This document shows positions 1 through 10,035 of a stretch of DNA of 64,000 nucleotides, piece by piece (the stretch's first letter is position 1; each line of letters starts with the position of its first letter). The position numbers and the translations under genes were made by a program. Under the pieces are notes generated by a model, which had not been told where the DNA came from, did not search any database, and saw only the letters and a list, made by a program, of their open reading frames with translations. The DNA is from a virus: IMG/VR virus record IMGVR_UViG_3300017714_002439; one strand, 5' to 3'.

Positions 1-13
1 GTGGTAATGTAAC

Positions 14-2656
14 ATGGCAATTGTTATCGATGCGCCGAAGTTACTGCCCATAAGGATAACAACGTTAACGTCGAAAGATGTTAAAAATGGTTACGTTTAT
101 ACCTATAATGCAGAAATTGATGTAACAGCTCAGTTACACAGCGGAACCACAGGTTTCGTTACAAAGCAATATGACGGTAGAGATGTAAGAGTAGGCGATT
201 ATGTTGCTACTACTTCTTCAGGTAAAATATTAAAAATTATATCCATTACTAACACAGGACCAACACGTGTTGTATGTGTGTTAATGGACGAAGACCAAAT
301 GAATGCTGCTGTAGATCCTACACAGTTTGGTGAAAGCTCAATAGATAAAGATAATGGTATATTGTTTGCTGTCAAAGAAGGCAAACCATTTATATTTCCA
401 TTACCAGATGTATTGCCCGGCGGGTTAACAAACGAATTTGCAATACAAATATTCTCACGTTTTAACTACGTATCAAAAGAAAGAAACATTAATGTTGAAC
501 AACAACCACATACATTTGAGGTTGGTGAAACAGTATTACTAACAGACACAGGATGGATTCCAGCCACAACTAATCCAACTGGTGTTGTTGTAAAAACAGA
601 TGATGACAGTTTTGGTGTAAGACTATTTGGTGACAAAACAACAGTTCAACTTCCAGGTGACGTAGGTGACGTTTACTATTGGGATGAAGTTGACAGAATG
701 TTAACTAAGACACCAACTAGTCCAAACGCAGTAAAATTATTTCAAAAGATAGATTCAAACGAAGCATTACTATTAGGTGGTGTTGGTGGTGGAAGTGGCG
801 GCGGTGGTGCAGGCAACTTTAGTGGCGCCTTTAATGACCTTACAAATTTACCAAGCACACTTGCAGGTTATGGAATTACAGATGCAGTTATTAGTCCAGC
901 AGATTATGGACAATTAACAAATAAGCCTAACATACCAACTGATGTCAGTGACTTAGCAGATAGCACTAACTTGTTAGGTAGTGGAACACCTTTTAGCGGT
1001 GATTACAATGACCTAACAAACAAGCCAACAATATTCAGTGGAAACTGGAGTGATATTACAGGCACACCAGCTCTATTCAGCGGTAATTACAACGATCTTT
1101 ACAATAGGCCTACTATACCACAGGACCTTGGAGATCTCACAAATAACGCAGGATATTTAAAGACTATAACAAGTTCTGATGTTACTACAGCATTAGGCTA
1201 CACACCACAGAATGCCGCAACAGCATTTGGTGGAAGTTATACAGACTTAACAAACAAACCAACTATACCAGCAGACGTAAGTGACCTTACTGACAGCAAT
1301 GGATTATTAGGTGGCGGCGGCGGAGCAACTACTATTGATGCACTCACTGACGTAGATGTATCAGGTGCTAGTGCAGGACAAGTATTAAAGTATGATGGTA
1401 GTAAATGGGTTCCTGCAGCAGACGTAACAACAGGCGGTGGTGGAACAGATGCCGATACATTAGATGGACAAGATAGCACATATTTCTTAGATTGGAATAA
1501 CTTTACAAACAAGCCTACATTATTTGATGGACAATATTCAAGTCTAACAGGTTTACCAACATTGTATACAAATGCAGATGTTGATGCACATCTAAATCAA
1601 ACTAACCCAACAAGTGGATATGTTCTTTCTTGGAACGGTTCAGATTATGCTTGGGTGGCACAATCAGGCGGCGGCGGTGGAGGTGGTGCTACAGCATTAG
1701 GCGGACTAACTGACGTAGTAAACACAGCACCTACAAACGGCCAAGTTCTTAAATGGGATAGTGCAAACAGCACATGGGCACCAGCAGATGATGCCACAGC
1801 AGGTATTGGTGGTAGTAGCTATGCAACTGAAGCCTATGTAGATCAAAAATTAGTAGAACGTGGTCCACACTTTAGTGGTGATTATAATGACTTAACTAAT
1901 ACACCAACATTGTTTAGTGGAAACTTTGCAGACTTAAATGGCAAGCCAACTACAATTGCAGGTTATGGAATCACAGACGTTCCAGCAAGTTTAGTAGATC
2001 TTGCTATTGCAGATGGTAATGCAGGGCAAGTATTAACAACAGACGGTAATGGCAACTTTACATTTACAAGTGCAGGTGCCTTTAATGGCGACTATAATGC
2101 ATTAATTAATAAGCCTAATTTGTTTAGCGGTGATTATAACGACCTAGCAAATAGACCATATATTCCAAGTATTGCAGGTTTGGCTTCTACTAACTATGTA
2201 GACCAAAAAGCAGATTATGGTGGCAATAAAAACTTCTTAAACAACGTAGAGTTTAGAGATAAAATTAAACAAAAAGCCAGCACAGCAAATACTACAGGCG
2301 AACGTGAAAGCCTTGTAATGGCAATAGAAACAACAGACGATGTTGAAACAGAAGTGCTATTTTCAGACAATACTAAGATAGAAATAGCAGATGGAACTAC
2401 AGCAATGGTAGAAATGCACATTGTTGGTTCAAGTTCTATAGGACAATATGGTGTAAAACTACAAGCAATTGTGCATAGAGCAGGAACAAACGTGTTTATT
2501 ATTGGAAGTCCAGCCAGAGAAACATTAGCAGAATACAGCACATGGACAGCTGATTTAGACGTAAATACTACCAGTTTAAAGGTAACAGTAACAGGATCTG
2601 CGGCTACAACCGTGGATTGGACCGTGTTTACCAACATTTTTTCAGTAATTAGATAA
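14..2656 (+). CDS. Tail fibre-like structural protein with internal repeats
   Basis: 880 aa; about 12 FSGDYNDLTNKP-type repeats, LTDV..GQVLKW repeats, poly-Gly linkers. Confidence 0.7.
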   Translation: MAIVIDAPKLLPIRITTLTSKDVKNGYVYTYNAEIDVTAQLHSGTTGFVTKQYDGRDVRVGDYVATTSSGKILKIISITNTGPTRVVCVLMDEDQMNAAVDPTQFGESSIDKDNGILFAVKEGKPFIFPLPDVLPGGLTNEFAIQIFSRFNYVSKERNINVEQQPHTFEVGETVLLTDTGWIPATTNPTGVVVKTDDDSFGVRLFGDKTTVQLPGDVGDVYYWDEVDRMLTKTPTSPNAVKLFQKIDSNEALLLGGVGGGSGGGGAGNFSGAFNDLTNLPSTLAGYGITDAVISPADYGQLTNKPNIPTDVSDLADSTNLLGSGTPFSGDYNDLTNKPTIFSGNWSDITGTPALFSGNYNDLYNRPTIPQDLGDLTNNAGYLKTITSSDVTTALGYTPQNAATAFGGSYTDLTNKPTIPADVSDLTDSNGLLGGGGGATTIDALTDVDVSGASAGQVLKYDGSKWVPAADVTTGGGGTDADTLDGQDSTYFLDWNNFTNKPTLFDGQYSSLTGLPTLYTNADVDAHLNQTNPTSGYVLSWNGSDYAWVAQSGGGGGGGATALGGLTDVVNTAPTNGQVLKWDSANSTWAPADDATAGIGGSSYATEAYVDQKLVERGPHFSGDYNDLTNTPTLFSGNFADLNGKPTTIAGYGITDVPASLVDLAIADGNAGQVLTTDGNGNFTFTSAGAFNGDYNALINKPNLFSGDYNDLANRPYIPSIAGLASTNYVDQKADYGGNKNFLNNVEFRDKIKQKASTANTTGERESLVMAIETTDDVETEVLFSDNTKIEIADGTTAMVEMHIVGSSSIGQYGVKLQAIVHRAGTNVFIIGSPARETLAEYSTWTADLDVNTTSLKVTVTGSAATTVDWTVFTNIFSVIR

Positions 2657-2659
2657 ATA
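2654..2659 (+). promoter_or_regulatory. Late-promoter-like TAAATA motif
   Basis: GATAAATAC overlapping the stop codon, upstream of ORF 2710; motif recurs in intergenic positions. Confidence 0.5.
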
Positions 2660-2709
2660 CATTTAGCACATTAAAGTGCAGAAAATATACATTTTTAGGA
2701 GAAATTAAA

Positions 2710-3012
2710 ATGGCAACAAGAAACCCAGCAAACGTAATTGAATTCGGTAAATTCAACTATGGCGCAACAATGACATCATGGACTATCACAGCAGACGCTG
2801 ATATCTCAGGTGAAGTAAACCCAGGCGAAGAAATGGAAAAAGTAATGGAAACATTAACTCAACACGGAACTTTCGTTGGTTTATCTGATCACGCAACAGG
2901 CGGAACAGTATTCACAGTAGTATTAGAAAACAGCTCATGGGCAGACGCAGCGGCAGTTCAAGCAGCTCTTAGAGCACTTGGCGGTAACTTTTCTACTTCA
3001 ACAGTAGCGTAA
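2710..3012 (+). CDS. Small hypothetical protein, probably structural
   Basis: 100 aa, AGGAG SD, late motif upstream, followed by terminator. Confidence 0.6.
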   Translation: MATRNPANVIEFGKFNYGATMTSWTITADADISGEVNPGEEMEKVMETLTQHGTFVGLSDHATGGTVFTVVLENSSWADAAAVQAALRALGGNFSTSTVA

Positions 3013-3037
3013 GTAACACGAGTTTATTATTATAAAG

Positions 3038-3066
3038 AAAACCCAGTTCTCGGACTGGGTTTTTTT
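3038..3066 (+). terminator. Intrinsic terminator
   Basis: ACCCAGT-TCTCGG-ACTGGGT stem followed by T-run, A-run upstream. Confidence 0.85.
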
Positions 3067-3087
3067 ATGACTAATCTATTAGATAGA

Positions 3088-3093
3088 TAAATA
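3088..3093 (+). promoter_or_regulatory. Late-promoter-like TAAATA motif
   Basis: GATAAATAC between terminator and ORF 3119. Confidence 0.55.
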
Positions 3094-3118
3094 CATATAA
3101 TAGAAACAGGAGTTAAAG

Positions 3119-3442
3119 ATGGCAACAAAACGTAAATATAATAATCCATTACACGATATTAATAACGATGGTAAATTAAGCAAATGGGAAATATTTCCAT
3201 ATTGGTTCGATAAGTTGCGTGTATTCCCACGTGCATTTATCAGTATATACATTTATATGTTTTATAACGTTGTAGAATGGTTTATGGCATTACCAGAACC
3301 AAACAATGCACAAGCAGGTCTTGTAAGTATTGTTGTTGGTGCAGGTGCGGCATGGTTTGGACTTTATGTAAATAGTGGAAGTAAGACTGTGGTGAAGCCA
3401 TCAATGAGTTCAAAACATTATGAAGATGACGAGGATCTCTAA
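3119..3442 (+). CDS. Two-TM membrane protein
   Basis: Two hydrophobic segments (RAFISIYIYMFY; AGLVSIVVGAGAAWFGLYV); GGAG SD. Confidence 0.6.
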   Translation: MATKRKYNNPLHDINNDGKLSKWEIFPYWFDKLRVFPRAFISIYIYMFYNVVEWFMALPEPNNAQAGLVSIVVGAGAAWFGLYVNSGSKTVVKPSMSSKHYEDDEDL

Positions 3443-3443
3443 T

Positions 3444-3641
3444 ATGATTAAGAATTTAAAAGATTTAATAATTGTTGTATTAGTTGCAGGCGTGTTAGCA
3501 CTACTAGGATTAATAATTGTAGGTGACTACTATGTAGCATTACAAGAAAACAGACCAGTAGACGAAAGTGTTATTACATTAATGAAAATGGCACTTACAG
3601 GACTAATAGGTATTATTGCAGGATACATAGGAAGTAAATAA
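3444..3641 (+). CDS. Small two-TM protein (holin-like topology)
   Basis: Start moved to ATG 3444; two long hydrophobic helices. Confidence 0.5.
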   Translation: MIKNLKDLIIVVLVAGVLALLGLIIVGDYYVALQENRPVDESVITLMKMALTGLIGIIAGYIGSK

Positions 3642-4183
3642 TGTTTCAACATCACATCATATTAGCAACACCAGAAATGTTACAATCAGAACTTGTTCAC
3701 AAGTGGTATGAATTTGTAAAAGATTATGGACCAGAAGGAATTGTATCTCCGTATACAACTGTTGACGGTGATGTTGCAATAGAATATGGAATACGTGAAA
3801 GCGAAATGCCACATTGTTATATTATTCCATTATATCGAGATTTAACTACAGATGAAACACAATTTATTGTGGCAACATGGGAACATGTATACCCAGGAGA
3901 TTTTGATATTGAAATCTCAAATATGTATGATGTTAATAGAGATTACGAATATGATATTAACGAAGAATTTGAAGAACGTGCAAGACACGATATGAAAAAA
4001 TGGCATCACAACCGTTGGGTTGTAGAAATGTCAAACACTGGATGGAATTGGGGAACTTCATTTAGTGAATCAAAGAAAACACACCCAGCATTGCGTGATT
4101 GGGATAGCCTTCCAGAATCACATAGACGCAGTCCAAATTTCAATCAAAAAGAAATTACTGAATGGCTACGCAACCTAATTTAG
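3641..4183 (+). CDS. Protein with C-terminal RyR-like domain
   Basis: HNRW..GWNWG..KKTHPALRDWDSLPE matches the RyR repeat pattern HxRW..GW.yG....K.HP.L. Confidence 0.6.
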   Translation: MFQHHIILATPEMLQSELVHKWYEFVKDYGPEGIVSPYTTVDGDVAIEYGIRESEMPHCYIIPLYRDLTTDETQFIVATWEHVYPGDFDIEISNMYDVNRDYEYDINEEFEERARHDMKKWHHNRWVVEMSNTGWNWGTSFSESKKTHPALRDWDSLPESHRRSPNFNQKEITEWLRNLI

Positions 4184-4184
4184 G

Positions 4185-4213
4185 TTGACACCTTACCCAC
4201 ATTATTATATAAT
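4185..4213 (+). promoter_or_regulatory. Sigma70-type promoter
   Basis: TTGACA-17-TATAAT. Confidence 0.85.
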
Positions 4214-4241
4214 AAAGACTATTAACCTATAGGAGACTCTG

Positions 4242-5585
4242 ATGAGCAAAGCATTAATACTTCTTTCTAGCAATAAGAATGAAGTTAAAAAATTAGGCCT
4301 GGCAAAACATGTCGCACTAATTGACAAAGACGTAGATGTTGCATTTGCAAACAAAGACTACGATTACATTACACTAATTAATAAAGCACCAACAACACCA
4401 CAAGAAGCACGTGATATTGGTGGAAATATGTTTAAGAAGTATAAATCAAAAGCAACAGAAATTGTTTTTAATCTTCCTAGATTGAATGATGTTAAAGAAG
4501 GTGCAGCATTGGCATCATATGAGTTTACCAAATATAAAACAAAGCCTGAAGAAAACACACTACAAGTAGAAGATGCAGGCATTAGTGCAAGTGTTCATTT
4601 TGCACGTGATTTAGTTACAGAACCAGGTAATGCATTATATCCTGAAAAATATGCAGATCTTATTAATGAAACACTTACACCACATGGTGTCAAAGTTCGT
4701 GTAATTTATCAACGTGAATTAGAACGTATTGGTATGGATATGTTACTAAGTGTAGGACAAGGTAGTGAGAATAACAGTGCGGTTGTTGTAATGGAATGGA
4801 TGCATGGGTCAAAAGACGAACCACCAATTGCATTAGTAGGTAAAGGCGTTACATTTGACACAGGTGGTATTAGTTTAAAGCCAGGGCGTAACATGGGTGA
4901 TATGAAATACGACATGGGCGGTAGTGCCGCAGTTGTAGGAGCCATGCATGCTATTGCTGATAAGAAACTAAAGAAAAACGTAGTTGGTATTGTAGGTTTA
5001 GTAGAGAATATGCCAGACGGTAAAGCAATTAAACCAGGTGACGTTGTTAGATCACTAAGTGGACAATATGTTGAAAACCTAAACACAGATGCAGAAGGTA
5101 GACTTGTGCTAGGTGATATTCTAACATATGTGCAAAGTGAATACAAGCCGGGTGCTATTATTGATCTTGCTACACTAACAGGAGCCATTGTTGCAACACT
5201 AGGTAACGAAATGGCAGGACTGTTTACCAACAGTGGTGCTTTAGAACAAGCAATTATTACCAATGGCGAACTAGGTGGAGAAGGTTTTTATCGTATGCCA
5301 ATGGGCAAAAACTGGGCTAAGATGATTGACAGTGAAATTGCAGACTTTCAAAACATTGGTGGACCATATGGAGGTTCAACTACTGCCGCTGAATTCTTAT
5401 ACAAGTTTGTAGACAAGAAAACAGCATGGGCTCATTTAGACATTGCAGGTATGTGTTGGTCTAAAAGTGGAAATGCAACAACACCAAAAGGTGCAGTTGG
5501 GTTTGGCGTAAAAACATTATTCAACATTGTAGAAAACACAGATAGTTTTCAGTGGTTTGCAATAGAAGAAAAAATGTCATATTAA
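4242..5585 (+). CDS. pepA: Leucyl aminopeptidase (M17)
   Basis: GKGVTFDTGGISLKP, MKYDMGG and NTDAEGRL motifs. Confidence 0.95.
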   Translation: MSKALILLSSNKNEVKKLGLAKHVALIDKDVDVAFANKDYDYITLINKAPTTPQEARDIGGNMFKKYKSKATEIVFNLPRLNDVKEGAALASYEFTKYKTKPEENTLQVEDAGISASVHFARDLVTEPGNALYPEKYADLINETLTPHGVKVRVIYQRELERIGMDMLLSVGQGSENNSAVVVMEWMHGSKDEPPIALVGKGVTFDTGGISLKPGRNMGDMKYDMGGSAAVVGAMHAIADKKLKKNVVGIVGLVENMPDGKAIKPGDVVRSLSGQYVENLNTDAEGRLVLGDILTYVQSEYKPGAIIDLATLTGAIVATLGNEMAGLFTNSGALEQAIITNGELGGEGFYRMPMGKNWAKMIDSEIADFQNIGGPYGGSTTAAEFLYKFVDKKTAWAHLDIAGMCWSKSGNATTPKGAVGFGVKTLFNIVENTDSFQWFAIEEKMSY

Positions 5586-5587
5586 GG

Positions 5588-5616
5588 TTGACAACCAAGA
5601 TATCTTAGTGTATATT
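5588..5616 (+). promoter_or_regulatory. Sigma70-type promoter with AAGATATCTT palindrome
   Basis: TTGACA-17-TATATT; spacer ACCAAGATATCTTAGTG. Confidence 0.8.
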
Positions 5617-5622
5617 TAATTT

Positions 5623-5868
5623 ATGAAAATAAGATACTATCAAAAAATAGACGGCTGGCGTTGGATAGGATTTATACTAGCAATGGTAGGTGCGTTTATT
5701 CTTAGTAGCGGTGACCCAGATAGACAATGGATGGGTTGGGCAGTAGCTATATTTTCATGTAGTATTTGGATATACATGGGTATAAAAGATAAAGATATAC
5801 CACGAGCTTTAATGGAACTTATGTATATGTTATTGGCAATACGTGGTATTTGGAATTGGTTACAATGA
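5623..5868 (+). CDS. Small membrane protein (three hydrophobic segments)
   Basis: 81 aa, Trp-rich hydrophobic helices; no SD; ATG at the predicted TSS. Confidence 0.6.
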   Translation: MKIRYYQKIDGWRWIGFILAMVGAFILSSGDPDRQWMGWAVAIFSCSIWIYMGIKDKDIPRALMELMYMLLAIRGIWNWLQ

Positions 5869-6314
5869 AAATTGAATATGATAAAAACTATGAGTTCAAC
5901 ACTAAAGTAACATTTGGAAATCTTCCTGCTTCAGTATGTGAAGAAGTTCTCAAAGATGGGCGTTTAGCAAGTCACTTTTTAGAACGTCAATTAGAAGTAT
6001 GGTTTCCAGACCTTACATTTGTAAATGCAAGGGGATATGATCATATTCGTAAAGGTTCTGATATTTTGTATGATCAAAAGTGTTTCACAAAAACATCAGG
6101 GTTAAAATTTGCTCCTAGTAAAATGTTAGGTGGTGGACGCAAGATAGATATTAAAGAAGCACATGCACATGCAAATACTATTGATTATATTGCATGTGAT
6201 ATTGTTGATTTTCCTAAGGTAGTTGTTCGCTTTGTAAAAGGAAGTAATCTAGTTAAAAAATACCCAAGTTGTCTAGTTAAAGTTAAGCAGCGAGCAGAAT
6301 TCTTCGATTATTAA
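5865..6314 (+). CDS. Hypothetical protein, possibly PD-(D/E)xK nuclease fold
   Basis: GYDH..ILYDQKCF motif; start at ATGA overlap 5865. Confidence 0.4.
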   Translation: MKIEYDKNYEFNTKVTFGNLPASVCEEVLKDGRLASHFLERQLEVWFPDLTFVNARGYDHIRKGSDILYDQKCFTKTSGLKFAPSKMLGGGRKIDIKEAHAHANTIDYIACDIVDFPKVVVRFVKGSNLVKKYPSCLVKVKQRAEFFDY

Positions 6315-6338
6315 CCAAAAAAAAATTAAAAAAGATAC

Positions 6339-6366
6339 AAAACCCTTGTTTTACAAGGGTTTTTTT
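6339..6366 (+). terminator. Intrinsic terminator
   Basis: AAAACCCTTGT-TTT-ACAAGGGTTTT plus T-run. Confidence 0.85.
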
Positions 6367-6389
6367 ATGAACTTTTTTTGCACAAAAGG

Positions 6390-6418
6390 TTGACAACCAA
6401 GACATCTTACTGTATACT
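6390..6418 (+). promoter_or_regulatory. Early sigma70-type promoter (repeat family)
   Basis: TTGACA-ACCAAGACATCTTACTG-TATACT. Confidence 0.85.
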
Positions 6419-6453
6419 GTAAGTATAGTTAATAAAAAAAGGAGTTAACAAAG

Positions 6454-6873
6454 ATGGCATATATTAAAACAAACGAAGTAGCAGAAATTAGAAAAGCACT
6501 AAAAGAGAAGTTTGGTAAATCACTAAAATTTAGTGTAAGACGACAGCACTATTCAAGTGTTGATGTTTCAATTGTATCCGGTGATGTTGACTTTTATGAT
6601 GGAAGTATGGATAGCACAGACAAATATAATGGCAAGGTTTATAAGTTTGATGGGCATTCACAAATTAATGAATACCATACTCATTTTTATGGTAAACACG
6701 AACAGTTATTTACAGACATTGTTAAAATTATGAAGACTGCTCCTGCTTTAGCAGAAGGTGGTAGAGCTTGGTATGATAATTCAGATGCAATGACTGACTA
6801 TTTTGATACTGCTTATTACACTCATGTTAGTGTTGGTAAGTGGAATAAACCTTATAGTTACACAGGAGCGTAA
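6454..6873 (+). CDS. Early protein, LPD29-like domain
   Basis: KFSVR...SSVDV and SDAMTDYF motifs; AAGGAG SD. Confidence 0.5.
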   Translation: MAYIKTNEVAEIRKALKEKFGKSLKFSVRRQHYSSVDVSIVSGDVDFYDGSMDSTDKYNGKVYKFDGHSQINEYHTHFYGKHEQLFTDIVKIMKTAPALAEGGRAWYDNSDAMTDYFDTAYYTHVSVGKWNKPYSYTGA

Positions 6874-6881
6874 ATAAAAGG

Positions 6882-6910
6882 TTGACAACCAAGACATCTT
6901 ACTATATACT
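6882..6910 (+). promoter_or_regulatory. Early sigma70-type promoter (repeat family)
   Basis: TTGACA-ACCAAGACATCTTACTA-TATACT, near-identical to the promoter at 6390. Confidence 0.85.
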
Positions 6911-6941
6911 GTAAGTATAAGTTAACAAAAAGGAGCATAAA

Positions 6942-7331
6942 ATGACACAGTTTGATAAAACAAAATTTAGTTACCACGGTGGATATTTAATGTATAATGG
7001 CACATATGAAGGTCAACCTACATATGAAGAAGTATATGGTAAGGATAAAATTCATCCTTCACGTATTGGTATGCCAGTAGAACTTTTTATTGCTAGGTTT
7101 AAGTATGTGTTCTTTCAAGGTGCTTTTAAGAACTTTCTAGTTAAAAACTTTACAGTTGAAGAATTTGCTGAAGGTTACAAAGCTGGTAAGTCACCTTTAG
7201 GTATGTTAGAGGAAAAAGGTTTTATGACTCCTCAAGCAAAGAAATTGTGTAAACAAAACGGTATGAAGCCTACACAAGAAAATTATAAAATTTGTATTCA
7301 TGCCCTAGCAGAAGCAAGGATGGCAGCTTAA
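6942..7331 (+). CDS. Early hypothetical protein
   Basis: 129 aa with AAGGAG SD and its own promoter. Confidence 0.7.
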   Translation: MTQFDKTKFSYHGGYLMYNGTYEGQPTYEEVYGKDKIHPSRIGMPVELFIARFKYVFFQGAFKNFLVKNFTVEEFAEGYKAGKSPLGMLEEKGFMTPQAKKLCKQNGMKPTQENYKICIHALAEARMAA

Positions 7332-7828
7332 TGAAAGAACTACTCACAGAAATTAAATCACGTAACATTAAAGCCAAAGCCTGGATGGAAGAAAATCCAG
7401 GTAGCTGGTCAGGTATGTATCCTGAAGATGAGGCTTATTGGATTGAACGTGGTATTACTAATCTTGTAGAGCTTGAACGTGATGAGTTAGCAACTTATAT
7501 TTACGAAGGTCATAAAGATGCTTATGGCACTAAAGGTCGTCATTATAATTTTGAAGCAATGACTACACAAGATCTTAAAGATGAAGCTGATAGGATTTCT
7601 GTAGCAGTTAAAGAACAAATGGAATTAGAAGCCAAAATGGAAGCAGATGCAGTTTCTAAGTTTGAAGCTTCAGTTAAAGAATACATGAATATGGGTCAAA
7701 CTCGTAAAGATGCTATTCGTTGGATATTGCAAGCCGAAGAGCTTGACAATGAAAAAGATGCAGGCTATATTTGTTATAGTCTGGGATTACCATATAGTAT
7801 GGAAACTGAATTTAAGGAGATAGCATAA
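7331..7828 (+). CDS. Hypothetical protein
   Basis: Start moved to 7331 (TAATG coupling). Confidence 0.65.
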   Translation: MKELLTEIKSRNIKAKAWMEENPGSWSGMYPEDEAYWIERGITNLVELERDELATYIYEGHKDAYGTKGRHYNFEAMTTQDLKDEADRISVAVKEQMELEAKMEADAVSKFEASVKEYMNMGQTRKDAIRWILQAEELDNEKDAGYICYSLGLPYSMETEFKEIA

Positions 7829-8937
7829 TGGAAAACATAGTATCGTTACCAACACTTTATAAACGTGACACAAAAGGCAAAGTTCGTGAATGGACAGTGC
7901 AATACAGTTTAGATGAAACAGCTGGTGTTAGAGCTATCAGTGGATTAGTTGATGGACAAAAAGTAACCAGTGAATGGAATATTAGTGAGGCTAAAAATAT
8001 AGGTAGGGCAAATGCTACTACTTCTCAGTCACAAGCTAAGAGTGAAGCTGAGTCACTTTGGGCTATTAAGGCAGAAAAAGAATATTTTGAAGATGTTACT
8101 AAGATTGATAGTTATGAAAAGTTTAAGCCAATGCTTGCACATGATTACACTAAGCGTCCACAAGACTCAGGTTACAGTCAACCTAAACTAGATGGTATTC
8201 GTTGTGTTGCAGACGCTAACGGATTATGGACACGTAGTGGTAAAGCTATTACAAGTTGTCCACATATTTGGGATGCTATTGAACCATTTATTAAAGCACA
8301 CCCAGGTATCGTTGTTGACGGTGAACTTTACAATCATGAACTAAAAGCAGACTTTAATAAAATTACAAGTCTTGTTCGTAAAGTAAAAAGCACAGAAGAA
8401 GATATAAAAGAATCTGCAAGTCTTGTGCAATATCATGTTTACGATTGCTATATCAAAGACGCAGTATTTACAGAACGTAATGCACGATTAAAAGCATTAG
8501 GTGCCGTATCGTCAGGTTACTTGCAATATGTTGATACACAGTATTGCAAAGATCAAGATGCATTAGATAGGCTATACAGTGAATATATGGAAGCAGGCTA
8601 CGAAGGTCAAATGGTGCGTAACGATACACCATATGAATGTAAACGTAGTAAGAACTTGCTAAAACGTAAAGAGTTTATCACAGAGGAATTTACAGTAATT
8701 CAAATGCTTGAAGGACAAGGAAACTGGTCTGGACATGCAAAACGTTTTGTTTTACGTGATAAAGATGGTAAAGAGTTTGGTAGTGGAGTCAGAGGACAAC
8801 AAGCACAATTAAAAGAATTGTGGGAATCTAAAAACGCACCAAATTGGGCAACATGTAGATACTTTGAACTTACACCAGATGGTGTTCCACGTTTTCCAGT
8901 AATCATTGATTACGGACACGGATTAAGAGAAGATTAG
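7828..8937 (+). CDS. lig: ATP-dependent DNA ligase
   Basis: QPKLDGIRC (KxDG), DGELY, EGQMVR, LLKRKE motifs and OB-fold C-terminus. Confidence 0.92.
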   Translation: MENIVSLPTLYKRDTKGKVREWTVQYSLDETAGVRAISGLVDGQKVTSEWNISEAKNIGRANATTSQSQAKSEAESLWAIKAEKEYFEDVTKIDSYEKFKPMLAHDYTKRPQDSGYSQPKLDGIRCVADANGLWTRSGKAITSCPHIWDAIEPFIKAHPGIVVDGELYNHELKADFNKITSLVRKVKSTEEDIKESASLVQYHVYDCYIKDAVFTERNARLKALGAVSSGYLQYVDTQYCKDQDALDRLYSEYMEAGYEGQMVRNDTPYECKRSKNLLKRKEFITEEFTVIQMLEGQGNWSGHAKRFVLRDKDGKEFGSGVRGQQAQLKELWESKNAPNWATCRYFELTPDGVPRFPVIIDYGHGLRED

Positions 8938-8947
8938 TAAATTAGAC

Positions 8948-8976
8948 TTGACATCTTCACCTTTTTCTAGTAACAT
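8948..8976 (+). promoter_or_regulatory. Sigma70-type promoter
   Basis: TTGACA-17-TAACAT. Confidence 0.6.
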
Positions 8977-9008
8977 ATAACTATAATTAACAAAAGGCTT
9001 TTATATCT

Positions 9009-10031
9009 ATGACAATAGGCAAGGTAGGTTTTGCATGCAAGTATTTGCATCATGATCAGACACAAAAGAAAAAATTGCTAGAAGAAATACAACGTCCTCT
9101 TACAGAAAAAAGCACAACTATTCGTTGGCTTAACAATCAGGCACGTGATGTTGCAGAGCAACGTTTGTATGATATATTGGTGCATAATACACAAGCAGTT
9201 TACAATCTTGTAGAGTATGTAGGTGGCTTACCAGAACATCAACGTATGGTTCGACTAGGTAGCAATCAGCTTCCTGCCGCAACACATCCAGATTGGAAAT
9301 ACTTTTGGCAAATACCAGAAATACGCGACTATGCTGCTAAATATTATAGTCGTGCAGGTGAGCTTGCACGTGAACTAGGTGTGCGTCTTAGTATGCACCC
9401 AGGTCAGTTTGTTGTATTAGCAAGTGATACACCAGAAATAGTAGAACGTAGTATAGAGGAGTTCGAATATCATGCGGATATCATCAGGTGGATGGGCTAC
9501 GGTAAAGAGTGGCAAGACTTCAAGTGTAACGTCCACATCTCAGGCAGACAAGGTCCAGCCGGTATCAAAGCCGCACTTCAACGACTGTCTCCAGAAGCAC
9601 GAAACTGTATTACTATCGAAAACGACGAAAACTCGTGGGGCATTGATGCCTCGCTCGAACTTGAGAAGGAGGTAGCATTAGTTGTCGACATACACCATCA
9701 CTGGGTTCATAGCGCCGGAGAATATATTACTCCAGGCGACGACCGTATTAAACGTATCATTGATAGCTGGCGTGGCGTTAGGCCTGCTATGCATTACAGT
9801 GTATCTCGCGAAGACATACTTGTAGGTCATAGCACTACTGAAAAGCCAGATTACAAATCTTTGCTTGATCAGGGGCATAAGAAAGCCAAATTGCGGGCAC
9901 ACAGCGACTTTATGTGGAATACTGCCGTTAATGAGTGGGCAGGTAGTTTCCGTAAAGATTTTGACATTATGGTAGAGGCTAAGATGAAGAACTTGGCTAG
10001 TATACCTTTTGAGGAGATTACAAGTGGATAA
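9009..10031 (+). CDS. uvsE: UV damage endonuclease
   Basis: GFAC, RLSMHPGQF, IENDE, DIHHH, LRAHSD, MVEAKMK motifs. Confidence 0.93.
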   Translation: MTIGKVGFACKYLHHDQTQKKKLLEEIQRPLTEKSTTIRWLNNQARDVAEQRLYDILVHNTQAVYNLVEYVGGLPEHQRMVRLGSNQLPAATHPDWKYFWQIPEIRDYAAKYYSRAGELARELGVRLSMHPGQFVVLASDTPEIVERSIEEFEYHADIIRWMGYGKEWQDFKCNVHISGRQGPAGIKAALQRLSPEARNCITIENDENSWGIDASLELEKEVALVVDIHHHWVHSAGEYITPGDDRIKRIIDSWRGVRPAMHYSVSREDILVGHSTTEKPDYKSLLDQGHKKAKLRAHSDFMWNTAVNEWAGSFRKDFDIMVEAKMKNLASIPFEEITSG

Positions 10032-10035
10032 TTGG

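Noticed and set aside
780-2170. Diversity-generating retroelement or tandem DNA array in the fibre gene
   Set aside because: The repeats are degenerate protein-level repeats; no adenine-specific TR/VR pair or reverse transcriptase was seen.
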